Notes under the pieces: generated by a model
Databases searched by the model: none
Told to the model about the DNA's origin: nothing
What the model saw: only the letters and a program-made list of their open reading frames with translations
Origin: the human T2T-CHM13v2.0 reference genome, Homo sapiens
Reading direction: 5' to 3' (one strand)
Length of the DNA stretch: 64,000 nucleotides
NCBI RefSeq assembly: GCF_009914755.1
Contig: NC_060935.1
Shown: piece by piece, positions 27,656 through 40,825 of the stretch
Layout: every line of letters begins with the position of its first letter
Numbering within the stretch: the first letter of the stretch is position 1
Translations under genes and position numbers: made by a program

Positions 27656-30164
27656 TTATACCCTGCCCCTAGTCCATGCAAGCATTTTATCTTGCAAGCT
27701 AGACAAAAGTCCCTGGAATCCACTGGAAAGTCCTATATAAGGGGAGAGTGTTTTCCCCCCATCCACATTTAGCATTGATCTCATTTCTAGGGGTTCAGTA
27801 ACCACATACCTCTTCAGGAATACCACTTCTGTGGCTTGTAATCTAATGCATGTACCAATAACATCCCACCAGACATAATTTCCATTAACAGGTCCTCCAG
27901 AATCAGATAAAAGACTAGCCCAGATATCAAACTCAACTGATATTTCCATTTACATATTTCTAAGTTAAGGCATACATCCTCACAAAGATCTAATAGATTT
28001 TTTAAATTAATCAAAGCCCTTCAAAGTTAGAACAGAGTAGATACCCCTTTTCACTTCATCTTTGCATACAACGCATAGCAAGGCTTCACAATTCGGTTAA
28101 TCACTCATCATGTAAACAAAGAAACCTCTCGAGAGCCAAAGAGCAACATGTGCATGGATTCATGATGCATAAGGGTTTTTAAAACAGGAACAATGCAATC
28201 TATTCACCAGAGAAGAGTACACTGTGCCAATTAAATATGTTGGGTTCCATAATTATAACTGCAATAATGAATGGAAAGGAGTGTTATTGCTGCACAATGC
28301 ACTTCTGTATTCCGGTCAGTGATCTGTCTCTGGTCTGATTCCTTCAGATTTTCCTCTGATTAGATCTTACTGCAGATTACTCTCTACTATCAGTGTATTA
28401 CGTGTGTTCTCCCCACCCAACAAAAGGCCTAACTTTCACAAATAACTAAGGTGAAAATATTCTATTCCCTTGATAGAGTTTTATACTTTTTAAACATTGA
28501 ATTTATAGCTACAATGTCACAATTACATTTTCCAAAGAGAAATGAAAAAGCTATGAATAAATTTTCACTCAGACCTGCCTTTCTCTCAAGAAAAGAAATG
28601 TAGAGATCTTCACCCATCCCCTTTGCTTCCCAGAGAGAGAGAGAGAAAGAAAAGAAAGAGAGAAGAAAGTGAAAAAAAGAGAGAGAGCATACTCTGAGCA
28701 AAGATAAGGAGGCTCTTACTTCCCTGCTGGCAGTCCAGTCTAATGGTGGCATGGACCAGTTGATTCTTTCCACCACTAGTGAACCTGAAGAGACTAAATT
28801 GGAAGGATTGAAAAGACTTTCACACACAAAGTTAATTCAAAATGGTTTAGTCACTACTTGCAACCATCTCAGAAATCTGAAGAATTTCATTCTGGACCAT
28901 ATGTGCATATGGTTTTCTCTTATCCTCACACACTTATGCTTCAGTGGGTTCAATAAATTTTAAAAATAAATTACCTCCTACTACTTCACCATAACACTCA
29001 GACTTTCTGGCCTTTCCATACTCAGGCCAGACTACTTCTGTGTGTTTATATATAATTTGTTTAAGCTTCTATTAAACCCTCTACTGATTTCCCACAAACA
29101 GGATTTAAATTTTGGAACTGAAAATGTACTTAGGTGCTTTGGAACCTGCAAAGCAGATCTGAACACCTAGCACCCTTTTTTTCTAGTTGGCAGGTAGACT
29201 CACAAAAAAGATTCTGTTTCTAGAGAAAGCCCCCCTACCTTCCAAACCCCCTCTCCTGAGGTTTAGGCTATCGTAAGCTTCTCAGTCTTACTTCTGGGCA
29301 GCAATTGCTGCCGCACAGCTAGTCTACACAAGGGTTGAAGGACACCGCACACCCACCCTTTTAATTTCAGTTTGCTCTCTAACGCAAACCTTTTCCCTTT
29401 GGCCATGGGTATTGGTTCACACAACGTGAACAGCTCTTAAAATCAGTCCCAAAGGCCAGGCTTTTCAGGTGCTAGAAGTATGTCACACAATACAATATTT
29501 ACAAATAGCCCAAAACAATACAACTCAACTACACACAGCTTTACTAGCTTGACAAAATCCTCTCCCACAAGTAACCAAGGGCTATAGAAATACTTGGGCC
29601 AAAAACCATGCATTAACCTTTCGCTACTGGATTTACATAATTTTCTCTGAAGATCTCTAAATGCACTGTCACCAGAATTGTTTTAAGTGGCAATAAATAA
29701 TGGAACTAGAAATGATAATAACAGCCCTAATAATAACAAAAGTTATTTATTGAGTAATTAACATGGTGAAGCATCATACTTTCTTTCTCTAATGTACCTC
29801 TTATTCTCCCTTTTCTCAGCTCTGGTGACAGTACTGCCATGATTCTGGCCTGGGTCACTGGAGGTAAAAGTAACTTTATACTGCCTATGCACTAGAAAGA
29901 AAGAAAAAAAAAACACAAGGAAGCACTTATATCAACTGGACACTGGCTCAATGTTTTCCATTTTTCTTTTTCCTGAAATCCATATACAGCCACAGCCTTG
30001 TTCCTTTCAAGTACGGATTAATTTATTTCAGGTTCTGGGCCTATGAACCCATGCTAATTTGCATGGCTAAATAGAAAGGCTCCAAAAACAATTAGCAAAA
30101 GATCTTTAGTAGGAAGAGATCTTCTAAGCCTGCTAACCAACCTGAAGTAAAATTTCAGTGTAGG

Positions 30165-31350
30165 CATTCATTCATTCAATACAGATTTACTGGGTTCCTA
30201 ACGTGTACCTGGTACTGTGCAATGGAAATGGAAACACACACACACACACACATACATGTATTATATAATAAGTATATATATAATAAAGCTCCCAATCTGT
30301 CAATATTTGTGGTTTAGTAGGGTGATTTAAAACTCTAAACATAATTGGATAGTATACATCTCACAAAAAATAATAATGTAGTTGAGATAAAGCAAAGGTT
30401 GTCAGGGAAGGTGTCATCTTCATATAGGAAGGTAAAGGGTAAATAATATCTCAAAGAATGGATATGGGAGAAGATAAAAGCTGAACAAAATTCTTAAAGG
30501 TGAGAAACTGCAAACTGTGGAGAATCGCAAGTTAGGAAAACAGGTGAGCAGCTAACGGGGAATGGTATAGACCACAGCCATGAGGGAATAAGAAACTGAC
30601 CCTGAGCAAAGCAAAAGGAAGTCCGGATGTAGGCAATGTTTTATTACCAAGGTCAGGAAGATCTGGCAACTACTTGCACATGAAGCATGAAAAGAAGATG
30701 AAGATGTCTGCAGAGATTTAGGTTCAGGGGCTGCCTAGGTGAACGGCGGTGAGCTATGAAAGGAAAAAGAAATGAATATGGATGAACCTGTTGAGGGACT
30801 TGCTTTTTGGTGATGGCCATAGGGGCAGCCTTTCTAATTTGGGGTTTTGTATTTTGAGTATATTTGTATATTTGCTTGGGAAGTGAGATAGTGAATAGTT
30901 GGAGGTAAGCTCTTTTTTAAACAGGGAAGTTTGAGAGGGCAGGGGGACTCCCAGGGGTAGCAGGAACAGCAGGTAGTTGACAATGCAGTTCAGGAATTTA
31001 AAAAAAGAAAAGAAAAAAGTTGGGCTGTAGGGAAAAGCAACACTTGAAGTTGTGAGAGGGAATAAGATCTAGAACACCAAAGAGAACCCATGGAAAAAGG
31101 GAAGCAAATAACCGAGGACAAAACACTGGGAAACATTTAGCCGGTAGAGGGAGAAAAAAGAGCTAGCCCAAGTGCTGCCAAATAATGCTATCCAAAGAGG
31201 TACAGGCAGTGCTGCAGAACAAATGGAGGAATTTTTAAATGGAAACAGAAGTTAATGGTGCCAAATACTGTGGGGCGGGCAAAGAAGATAATGCTTAACT
31301 AAGGGCCACTGATGCTTGGTGACCTTCGAAAGTTTCATTTCAGTACAGCG
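30165..31350 (-). mobile_element. L2, long diverged fragment
   Basis: Begins cattcattcattcaatacagatttactgg (reverse L2 3' end); purine-rich L2 body; boundaries approximate. Confidence 0.6.
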
Positions 31351-31660
31351 GAGGCAGCGGCAATTAAATCGTGATCTATTTCAGAAAGCTGACTGCTTCC
31401 GCCGGACAAATGAATGGCTGAAAAGCAGCCCAGGAAGAGGCGAGAGTTAAACCGGAAAGGAACCGCCTTGCATATCACCTGCACTACATACAGGGCTAAA
31501 TGTGAGCACCTCGGGTTATCTGTGAGTTCTCCCACTCGACAGAGTGACGCTCCTTTGGCTGAATCACCCAATCTGGCTTGCAGGCCACCGTGACCTGTGC
31601 TCAGTAAGGTGTACCGACATCATCAGCGGCCTCTGCTGACAAGTGCCGCATCTCATCTCA
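31340..31660. promoter_or_regulatory. CpG-enriched candidate enhancer/CTCF element
   Basis: 15 CpGs in about 310 bp; minus-strand TCAGCAGAGGCCGCTG (31639-31624) is CTCF-like; ETS-like CCGGAA/CAGGAAG and AP-1-like TGAATCA also present. Confidence 0.45.
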
Positions 31661-34629
31661 CACAGAATTAAAACAGATAACACCAGAGCAGAGCCCCATG
31701 AACCTATTAAATATTCCACAAATAATTTATTTTTGATGTGGAGGAGGAGGAGGGAGGAAAGTAAGGGACATTAGAAAAACATGATTATGTTGAAAAGTAT
31801 CTGAATATCAACGAGGTAAGGGTTATAATCACAACAAGACTTAATTGTTCTGTCCAGGCAGAGGCTGGGAGCCTATTTCCCTGACTTTCAAGGCAGGAAG
31901 GTTTAAGAGAGGCCCTTCCAGTTTGCGTGGCAGTCTATATGGCTAGCACCTAGACCATCCTCTTTTAAAAGGTCCACACATAAGAAAGGCAGTGGGATCA
32001 AGAATAGAAAGGGGAGAAAGAAGGAAAGGGGATGAAGCAGGATGAAGAGGGATGAAGTAGTAGGTGCCCACTAGGGAAGGGGATGGTGACTGGGAAGAAA
32101 GGGGAGAAATAAATTGAGCTAGAGCTCATGGGCTCCTGTAAAATAGGCACTTGGAGATAGCTGGCAGGAGTAGCTTTACTTCAGCATGGTCTCTACCCCT
32201 TTAAGAATCTAGTTTTAACACAGACTCTCCCCAAAAAAATGCATGCAAAATATTGCATGTTATTTCTGGGGACTCACCAACCTCCTGAAGGCTATTGATT
32301 GATCCTGTGGACCCCACTCTGGAAGCCCTCTGCTTTAACTCATCAAACTTATTTTTTCAGCACTTAGACACCTCTGACCACAGCCCTTGAAACAATTCTA
32401 TCCCCACCTCAGTTTACTAATGTCTTTCCTCCAGAAAAAAAAACAGCTCAGACTAGCTACCAATGTCAACATTTGTTAAAACATATAATATTTTTATATC
32501 CTGATTTAAATAATTTCTTAGGTGCCATTCACCTCTGGTTTAAAGAAAAAATCAATTCAAAGCAAAAACTGATGTCACTGTGAGTTCTTTTCACCTAGAC
32601 ACAGCAGACAACAAAACAACCTCAAAAGAGAATGAGATATATATGTACATTCCTGTTTCAGAATTGTATTATAGGAAACAATACAGATTTGCCTTCCTTT
32701 CCTTTGTAAAAATCCAGGTATCTGACATTTCACTGCCATTGGGTTCTCCTATGAAAGGTTATGTTTTCATAATGGAAAAATTCTCACTGACCCAGTGGGG
32801 TTTCTACTTCCTTACTCATCAATTACAATCATCTGCAAATTTCAGCTTGCTTTAGTGAAGTACAGCTAAGTGTTTTAACGCTCCCAACCTGCAAAGGAGA
32901 TAAGACCAGTAAAATGTCACATCCATTTTGTTATCTTTCAATCTACACCTGGAGCCTGAAAACAAAAAGCTTTTTTTTTTTGGGCCGGGGGCGGGGTGCA
33001 GCCAAATTTTCTATAGAAATAGATCCTCAGCTTTCCAGCTGCCAGGTGCAAATTAATTTTTCTCCCAATTTTGGCCCAATTGCCACTTGCAAGAAATGCT
33101 ATATTATCCCATAGGCCTTTAAGTCCCTGAGATGAAACATCTTCAATTCAGACCTTCCAGTCTTGTTTGCTGAAGTCTGCTGACAGAGACTGGAGACAAT
33201 CTGCATCTATTCCCTTTTCCTTTACATTGAACCAATTAGCAATGTTAAATATTTAACACATTAGTCTTATTTCACTGAACAAAACAATCCACAAGCAGCC
33301 TAGGTAGTGGCAGTTCAAGACAGGAAATGGATCAGATGTGGAGAAAACCGAAGGAAGGGAAAAGTATGTTATAGGTGCGTGTGTATTTTAAAAAATATAA
33401 AAGTCTATTCACAGTTCACTAAAGATGGATTGCTTGTTTCTTTCCTTCTACTGACAGGTCCTGAATCTTTATGGAGAACATTAAATTAAAGCGCATAATA
33501 GGTTTATGTAGTGTACTGCACGTTGGAGACATTAGTCATGTCCCTTAAGCATTTTTCTCATTTTCTAAGCCTGACTTAAGCTCCATTTCCCCATTGATGA
33601 GGGAAGGCCACACTAACCCACAATCCACATCTGCAGTCTGGTGTGCCATTTTTTATATTTGTCAACAGAGGCTGTGTCCTAAACTCAAAGACCTCATAGA
33701 TTATTATATTTCTGGCATGGTTTACAGAAACCTGTGTAAAGCTAATAGGGTCATTCAAGTGGAACTTTTTTGTTTTTCACTCTTCCCTCTTCAAAACACA
33801 CTGTGGCATTAAGGGGGAATAAAAAGAGAAAAAGAAAACAATTCACAGTTGTCTTGCAGAACCCTGACTGAATAGATGAGTAGGGCAATTTCTTCTCAAC
33901 CACATAGGCCAAATTTATATGTAATACAGCCAGAAGCTTTGAACCAACAATACCAGATCACTTAAAAGATGTTGCTCAGTTATTCTAGAACATTCTATGC
34001 CAGTATCAGCATCCTTTATCGATCTCCTAATCTGGTACCATGTTTTCAAGAAATTTCCAGGAGGCACTCCTATCTACTGGGCATCAAGTTTACAGCATTG
34101 TTGGGCTGACCCAGAGGAATGCTATTTAAAATATACACAACCTGTACAACCACTTATCTGGGCATCTAGGCAAATCTGATGCTAATGAGGAAGCTGAAAA
34201 GAACAGGTTGCTTGCCATGTACCTAGATTTCATTAGCATTATACAGACTCCTGCATCATATTATTTTTATTGTGAAATAATTAGAGCCGTTGATCTCTGC
34301 CTATGAGTGCTACTACCTCAGCATACTACATCCGGGCTTGAAGAAAAAGACATTTTGATAACAGTCAAAGAGAAAAACAAGATTACTGCAGCAAGATTAC
34401 CCAATAACTTACTGCATGAATTTGGGCTAGTCTCATTATATCCTAGATCCAAAAAGCTCCATATGATGAACTTACTGGTTCTAGATAGCTCTGTTCTGAG
34501 TGACATGAGAGGTGTTTAGTAAACTTACAATCAGTAGAAATAAGATGTCTAGTTAATGTCTTGGCATATGACACCCACAACCTTTCCCCAGGTATTAAAA
34601 GAAGGAAATAAATGTATTTAGGTTACAAT

Positions 34630-34850
34630 AGCTAACACTAATAGAGCCCTTACCAAGTACCTTCTACCATGAAAAGCATATAGATATAAAGATAGTCCCA
34701 TGACCTCATGAGATAGATATTATTATCCCCATTTTACAGACAAGAAAACGAAGGTTCAGGCAGGTTAGGTTACTTGCACAAAGTCGCACAGTCGATATCA
34801 GAAAAAGACAGATTTTAATCCTGAAGAGACTTACTTCAGAATCTGCCTCC
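34630..34850 (-). mobile_element. MIR
   Basis: attattatccccattttacagacaagaaaacgaaggttcagg is the reverse MIR core. Confidence 0.75.
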
Positions 34851-36059
34851 CTTAGATATTTTTTCCCCAAGCATTCAATTTTGATGAAACAGCCTCTATA
34901 ACTTTTTACAGGCAGGAAAAGTAGAACCAGTGTTGTAAGTTTTAACCTGGGAATTTGGAATGCCTTTGCCTAGGTTTTTCTTAATGTTTTGATGAGCACC
35001 ATTGGCTTTAATTCTATAATAGAATTCTGCTAAAATGGATAACAAGTAATTTACAGACTTCTAGTTCAGAGTGAGCAACAAACATGACTTCCATGTATTC
35101 AACCCATAATGGATTATAAGACTCCAGCAATGTGACTATGATTTTCAGAGAATGTTCATTTAGCCATACAGGTAATTAGTAATTTGTTATTTAGTTTCTG
35201 GTAAAGACATGATGAGCCAAAAAAGCTATGAAAAAAAAACTTCCACCATTTCCCCCACCCTGTGGCACCCCAAAATCAAAACTGCAATGACTTGTAGCAT
35301 CGTAAGTCTGCAACAGTTCCTGTCCACCAGAGTGAATGAAGGCAGAACTAGTTTGACATTTCCTGCTGGCTGTGATTAGAGCATCTTTTAATGAAGCTCA
35401 CTTCAAATCATTTTAAATCCATTTGCTCATGTCAACATCAATGTACTCAGCATTATCTACCAATTAGTAAACCGGAAAATATTCTTTAGATAATCTGAAA
35501 TCTCAGTAAAATATTCAGCATGCCATTCATTTACTACAAACTGCCCTGTAAAAACAAATTAGCAAAACCAGCTGTCACAGGACAACATAAACATCCATTA
35601 ATACAACCCAACTACTTCAGTCGCTGGCTAAGGTTTTTCAGGAAAGAGAAAACATGGTGGAAATATAAATCAACAAGACTTTCAAATGTTTAGCACGTGT
35701 CTTCAGAATAACATGTTGCACCAATATTAAGGTGTGCATTTACCTTCCCCATGTGTGAGATCAAATTTGGACTAGGAAGAAAAGGGTTAAATGAAACACT
35801 CTTCAAAATTCTTTCAATTAGGATCTCGAGTTTTTGTGCTGCAATAAGTCTAGAAGGCCAAAAGAGTTCTAACATTTGTCATGCTTCATAAGGATCAGAA
35901 ATATCAAAGAGCATGAAAGCTGACCAAATATGAATATGATTATGATTATGCAAAGGAAAATCAATTGAATCGTAGGACTCAGATTTTGCACAACCCACTT
36001 ATATACACTGCGGAAAGCACCACCCGAACTTACAGGAAACCTGTGAGTACATCACTTAC

Positions 36060-36208
36060 CAGCCAACATTGACTCGTCCTTTCCACAAATCAGCCTGACA
36101 AAATTCTATAATTTAAATATGGCAATATTTCAATAGCCACCTTCCACTTAGGACCCTTTCAGTATTTTTCATTTTAATGCATTAGTTATAAATAAACTGC
36201 GGCAGCAC
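36060..36208 (-). other. Candidate 149-nt non-coding (5' UTR) exon
   Basis: Minus strand: gcatttttaatccctcttaacag|GTGCTGCCGC...GTTGGCTG|gtaagt. Both sites near consensus; typical exon length; not repeat-like. Confidence 0.6.
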
Positions 36209-37870
36209 CTGTTAAGAGGGATTAAAAATGCTTTTATATTATGAGAGACCGGGTGAGAGCTTGTTCTCTGATGAAGACACTCATGATATGCACAAGACGT
36301 CTGTAGTGGAGGAGCAGTATTCTTCAACAATGATTTCGATTTAAGAATCTAAATTAGGCTTCAGTCACTGATGACTACTTCTACCTTCTAAACGATAGGG
36401 AACACTTCAGAGTGGGTACCTAACACAAAAACTGCCAATCATGAACTGGAATGAGCTCGAATACGCAAACCCAACTGATTGAAGATAGAAAGGCTTGAAG
36501 GTGCAAGGCTGCTCTTTCCTCAGAAGAGCTATGATCCCAAAATGATGGATTAAAGTACCAGAACCAGTACACAAGATGACCACAACAGTTTCACAAAATA
36601 TTTCCTAAATGCTCATGGGGCCACCCAACTATGAAGCTGTTCAATTTCCAGGACATTTCCATTCTGAGATGCACTAGGCATATTAAGGCATAAAGAAATA
36701 AATACACTTGAAAACAGGTGGCGTGTCCCTCAGCCCCTCCTCAAAGGCTGTGTTGAGCATGGAAAAGAGAGAAGCCGTAACAGGGACCACTTAGGCTAAG
36801 ACCATTGTAATTTTAAAATTGTCTCAAAGGAGAAAAGAAATCTACAATACTCTCATCCTATTCTGAGTGAATGAGTTTACAGGGTTTTCTCCTTACTCTT
36901 CAGCAAGCCAAGGCAAACGCCTAAGGACCTTTAAACAAAAGAAAAAAAATCCAAAGAACTTTAAAAATTTTTTAAATCACATACCCAGTCACATCCATAC
37001 ATCCTCTGGAGAGAAGTCATAAAGTTGTCTAAAGTTTACATTTCTCTTCTTAACATTAATTATTAAGAAAAGCATTTCATCTTGATTATAGCCACCAATA
37101 AAAGTGAATATATTCTATAAGTACAAAATTTCATAACCAGGTGCTACACTCAGCTTACGGTTTGCATATAGAAAAAGATGTAATAAAACAAAAGCATTCT
37201 GTATCTGGTATCTACAAGAAAGATAAGTAAACTGTAATGATAATTTACAATTTTGCACATTTTAATTTCCTACTTCCAGTGTTTACCAAAATTTTATTTA
37301 ACAGTAAAATAGATTTTGTGAAATAGATACATGTTCATTGGGGGAAAAAATCAAGACACAGAAAATTACAAAGAAGAAAAACTGTGAGCATCACAATCTC
37401 AGTCTTATATTCCCAGCACCACGTTACATGAGATGAGACGGGTGCACTGGAAAGAAAAAAGCTTGAAGATAGTAGATTTGAAGCCTTCTCCAAAATAATG
37501 AAGACTCTCCTAGAACAGGTGAGTTGTGAAATCCAGAAGAAAAGAACAGACAAAACTTCATGAATAGGATATTTGTTAAAATCCTAAAAGACTTCAATTT
37601 TAAAGAAAGGAATTAACAACAGTTTCATGAAAATGGCCAAGGTACCTTATGTCTTACAGGGGTGTGTCTGTGTGAGTGCTGTGCATGTGTTTTTTAAGAA
37701 AGGCAAAAGGGTCTATGGATAATGGAAGGGGGACAGCACCTTACTGTAGTTTTGTGGGTTTTGAGTTTTTAGAAAGAGAAATCATACAGGCATGCTCCAA
37801 ATTTTCATTTATCCCAAGGTTAGTAAATGAACATAAGTCTACAGGAAAACCCAGACTAGGGCATGATACC

Positions 37871-38235
37871 TGTATTAGTCTGTTCTCATGCTAATAATAA
37901 AGACATACCTGAGACTAGGTAATTTATAAAGAAAAAGAGGTATAATGGACTAACAGCTCCACATGGCCAGGGAGGCCTCACAATCATGGCAGAAGGCAAA
38001 GGAGGAGCAAAGTTACGTCCTACATGCAGCAGGCAAGAGGGCATGTGCAGGCAAACTCCCCTTTATAAAACCATCAGATGTCATGAGATTTATTCACTAT
38101 TAAAAGAACAGTACAGAAAAAAACCCACCCCCATGATTAAATTACCTCCCACCGGGTCCCTCCCACAACACGTGGAAATTATGAGAGCTACAGTTCAAGA
38201 TGAGATTTAGGTGGGGACACAGCCACACCACATCA
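37871..38235 (-). mobile_element. THE1 (B/C-like) MaLR solo LTR
   Basis: Reverse of the THE1 LTR (tgat..ggtgtggctgtgtccccacc...ctaataca); perfect 5-bp TSD atacc at 37866-37870 and 38236-38240. Confidence 0.93.
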
Positions 38236-38369
38236 ATACCTAAGATGCAAAATATACATTCTGCACTATTGAACTCTTATAGAAGCTCTGATTTCTACTT
38301 CTCTAATTATAAATATGGCTAAGTATACTCACCTTTCATATAAAGCACTTCAGCCACTCCTCTATAAAA

Positions 38370-38600
38370 AATAATAATAGCTGACATTTACCTACTTACC
38401 TAGCACCTTCTATGTCCCAGGCATTGTTCTAATAGTTTTACATATATTAACTCATTTTAATACAACAACTCTATGAGGTGGATGCCATTATCCTTCCCCA
38501 TTTTATAAATGGAAAGACTGAGGCTCAAAGAGATTGAACAACCTGACTGAGATCATGTAGAAAGGAAGTGGCAGAATCAAGGTGTGAAACCAGGTGGTCA
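38370..38600 (-). mobile_element. MIR
   Basis: aataatagctgacattta...ccattttataaatggaaagactgaggctc. Confidence 0.75.
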
Positions 38601-38764
38601 GTCTCTTGTTCCACATAAATAAGCTGTGGGAGGCAGTGCTTTAGGATGACATGAAACTGTAAATTGTCTACATGCATTAAACCGTTTCAAACTACTCTGC
38701 TACTTGGTTCTTTATTTAGTTTTTATTCTTTTCCTAATCATGAGGAAGTGAAACTTTTACATAA

Positions 38765-39121
<357 letters not shown>

Positions 39122-40665
39122 TGACCTTGGTCATTAAGCAGAGCAGCAATTTTCTAATCAGCAAAATAAAAAAATAGTAATGCCTACTTTTTACTCTTAT
39201 CAGCAAAATAAAAATAATAGTAATGCCTACACTGTGAGATATGATACAATGCATGTTAAAGTATTCTGTAAACTACAACATGCCAGACAAACGTTAGCTG
39301 CTATTATAATGATTAAACTTTTCATAATGTCATCTTCTCTCCTTCTCCATGTTAGACCACTGGACAGTTCCATTAATTAGGTGTGTTAGGAAAAGAATAA
39401 AAACTAAATAAAGAACCAAGTAGCAGAGTAGTTTGAAACTGTCTTCAATAATACTGATTAAACTAGCCATTGGCAATGAAACAACATTCTTGGGAGGGCA
39501 TTGTGTCAAAAAGCCCATTTAACCAGCCTAATTTATTCTACTGGAAAAAAACCTTTCAGATACTATTAGAAAGTAAGCTATCATCCATTAAAACTAAAGT
39601 TGAATGGAAAATTTTTAAGAAATGCAATAGATTTGTCAAAAAGTCAAGTAATATTTCTTACCATTCATTAACAATTATAAAGCACTAAAACTTGAAGCCC
39701 TGTACAAATTAGGACATTTGCACAGACCAGAACCATGAAATGCCATATATATATATCATTCAATACATTTACTAAGGGCCTACTATGCAGCAAATAGAAC
39801 TGCTTTTGTGGAATGATTTTTTTCTTTAAGTGTGCTGTCCTGGTAGAGTTAATAAAAGCTACCATTTATAGAGCACCTAATGTAGGACAGGGATTGTACA
39901 AGGACATTACCTACCAAATCTCACTTAATCCTTGCAATATAACAATCATATGAAGTAGACAGTATTATCCCAATTTTTTATCAGGAAACTAAGGTCAAAC
40001 AATGGGAATCAATCACTGGAAGAAGTGAAGGACCCCGAAGTCAAAACTGGTCCCCCTCTCTGCAGTACGTGCTCCCTTTCCTCGTGTCAGCAGAGGTGCC
40101 CCAGACTTTTTAACCAGGACACCCTCCAACATCAGAGGAGAGGGAATTAATGAATACCCTGAGTAGCCTAAGACATAGCCAAAAGCTGCCCTAGCACAAA
40201 CATCTTCATTCTTGGCTATTCATGTACATTTTCCTTTCTACTCAGGGACATATTTGCTGTGTTGACAGTTAAATTTTTTTTTCTCCGACCTATTAGTGAA
40301 ATTGACAGACCAAAAATTTGTACCAAATATATCCTGTGCCATTTTGGGGGAACACATGTCTGTCAAAAGGACAGAACATACATACAGCAGTCAACCAAAG
40401 TCCTTACAGAAAAACATGATCAACAAGGAGAAAAGAGCAGAATATAAACCAAGCACCTATTGCTCAAACAGTGAACTGAGACTGCCTCGAGGAAGTGAAT
40501 TTTGGGACTGACATTTTAAATGAGGAATTAGAAGTGACTAAGAAAAGGAGATGCAGGTATTCAAAATGAAAAAGCTCACAGAGGCTGAGCAATGGAAGTG
40601 GGCTGAAGAGAGGTAGGGCTACTCAGCCTTTCACACTGAGTATGTGAATCTGGGTTTACACAGTA

Positions 40666-40825
40666 CACTGGTTCTCAAACATTAGCTGGTGTCAGAATGA
40701 CCCCAAAGGCTTGTTACACACAGATTTCTAGGCTCCACCCCCAGAGTTTCTGACTCAGCAGGTCTGGAGTGGGGCATTCTAACATGTTCCCAGATTCTGT
40801 TGACGCTGCTGGCCTGGGCACAATA
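40666..40825. mobile_element. MER5A-like hAT DNA transposon within L2 sequence
   Basis: cactggttctcaaac...ccacccccagagtttctgactcagcaggtctggagtgggg. Confidence 0.75.

Noticed and set aside
40086-40101. CTCF-like TCAGCAGAGGTGCCCC
   Set aside because: Two mismatches in the GGC core; the TGCAGTAC upstream element is at the wrong spacing.
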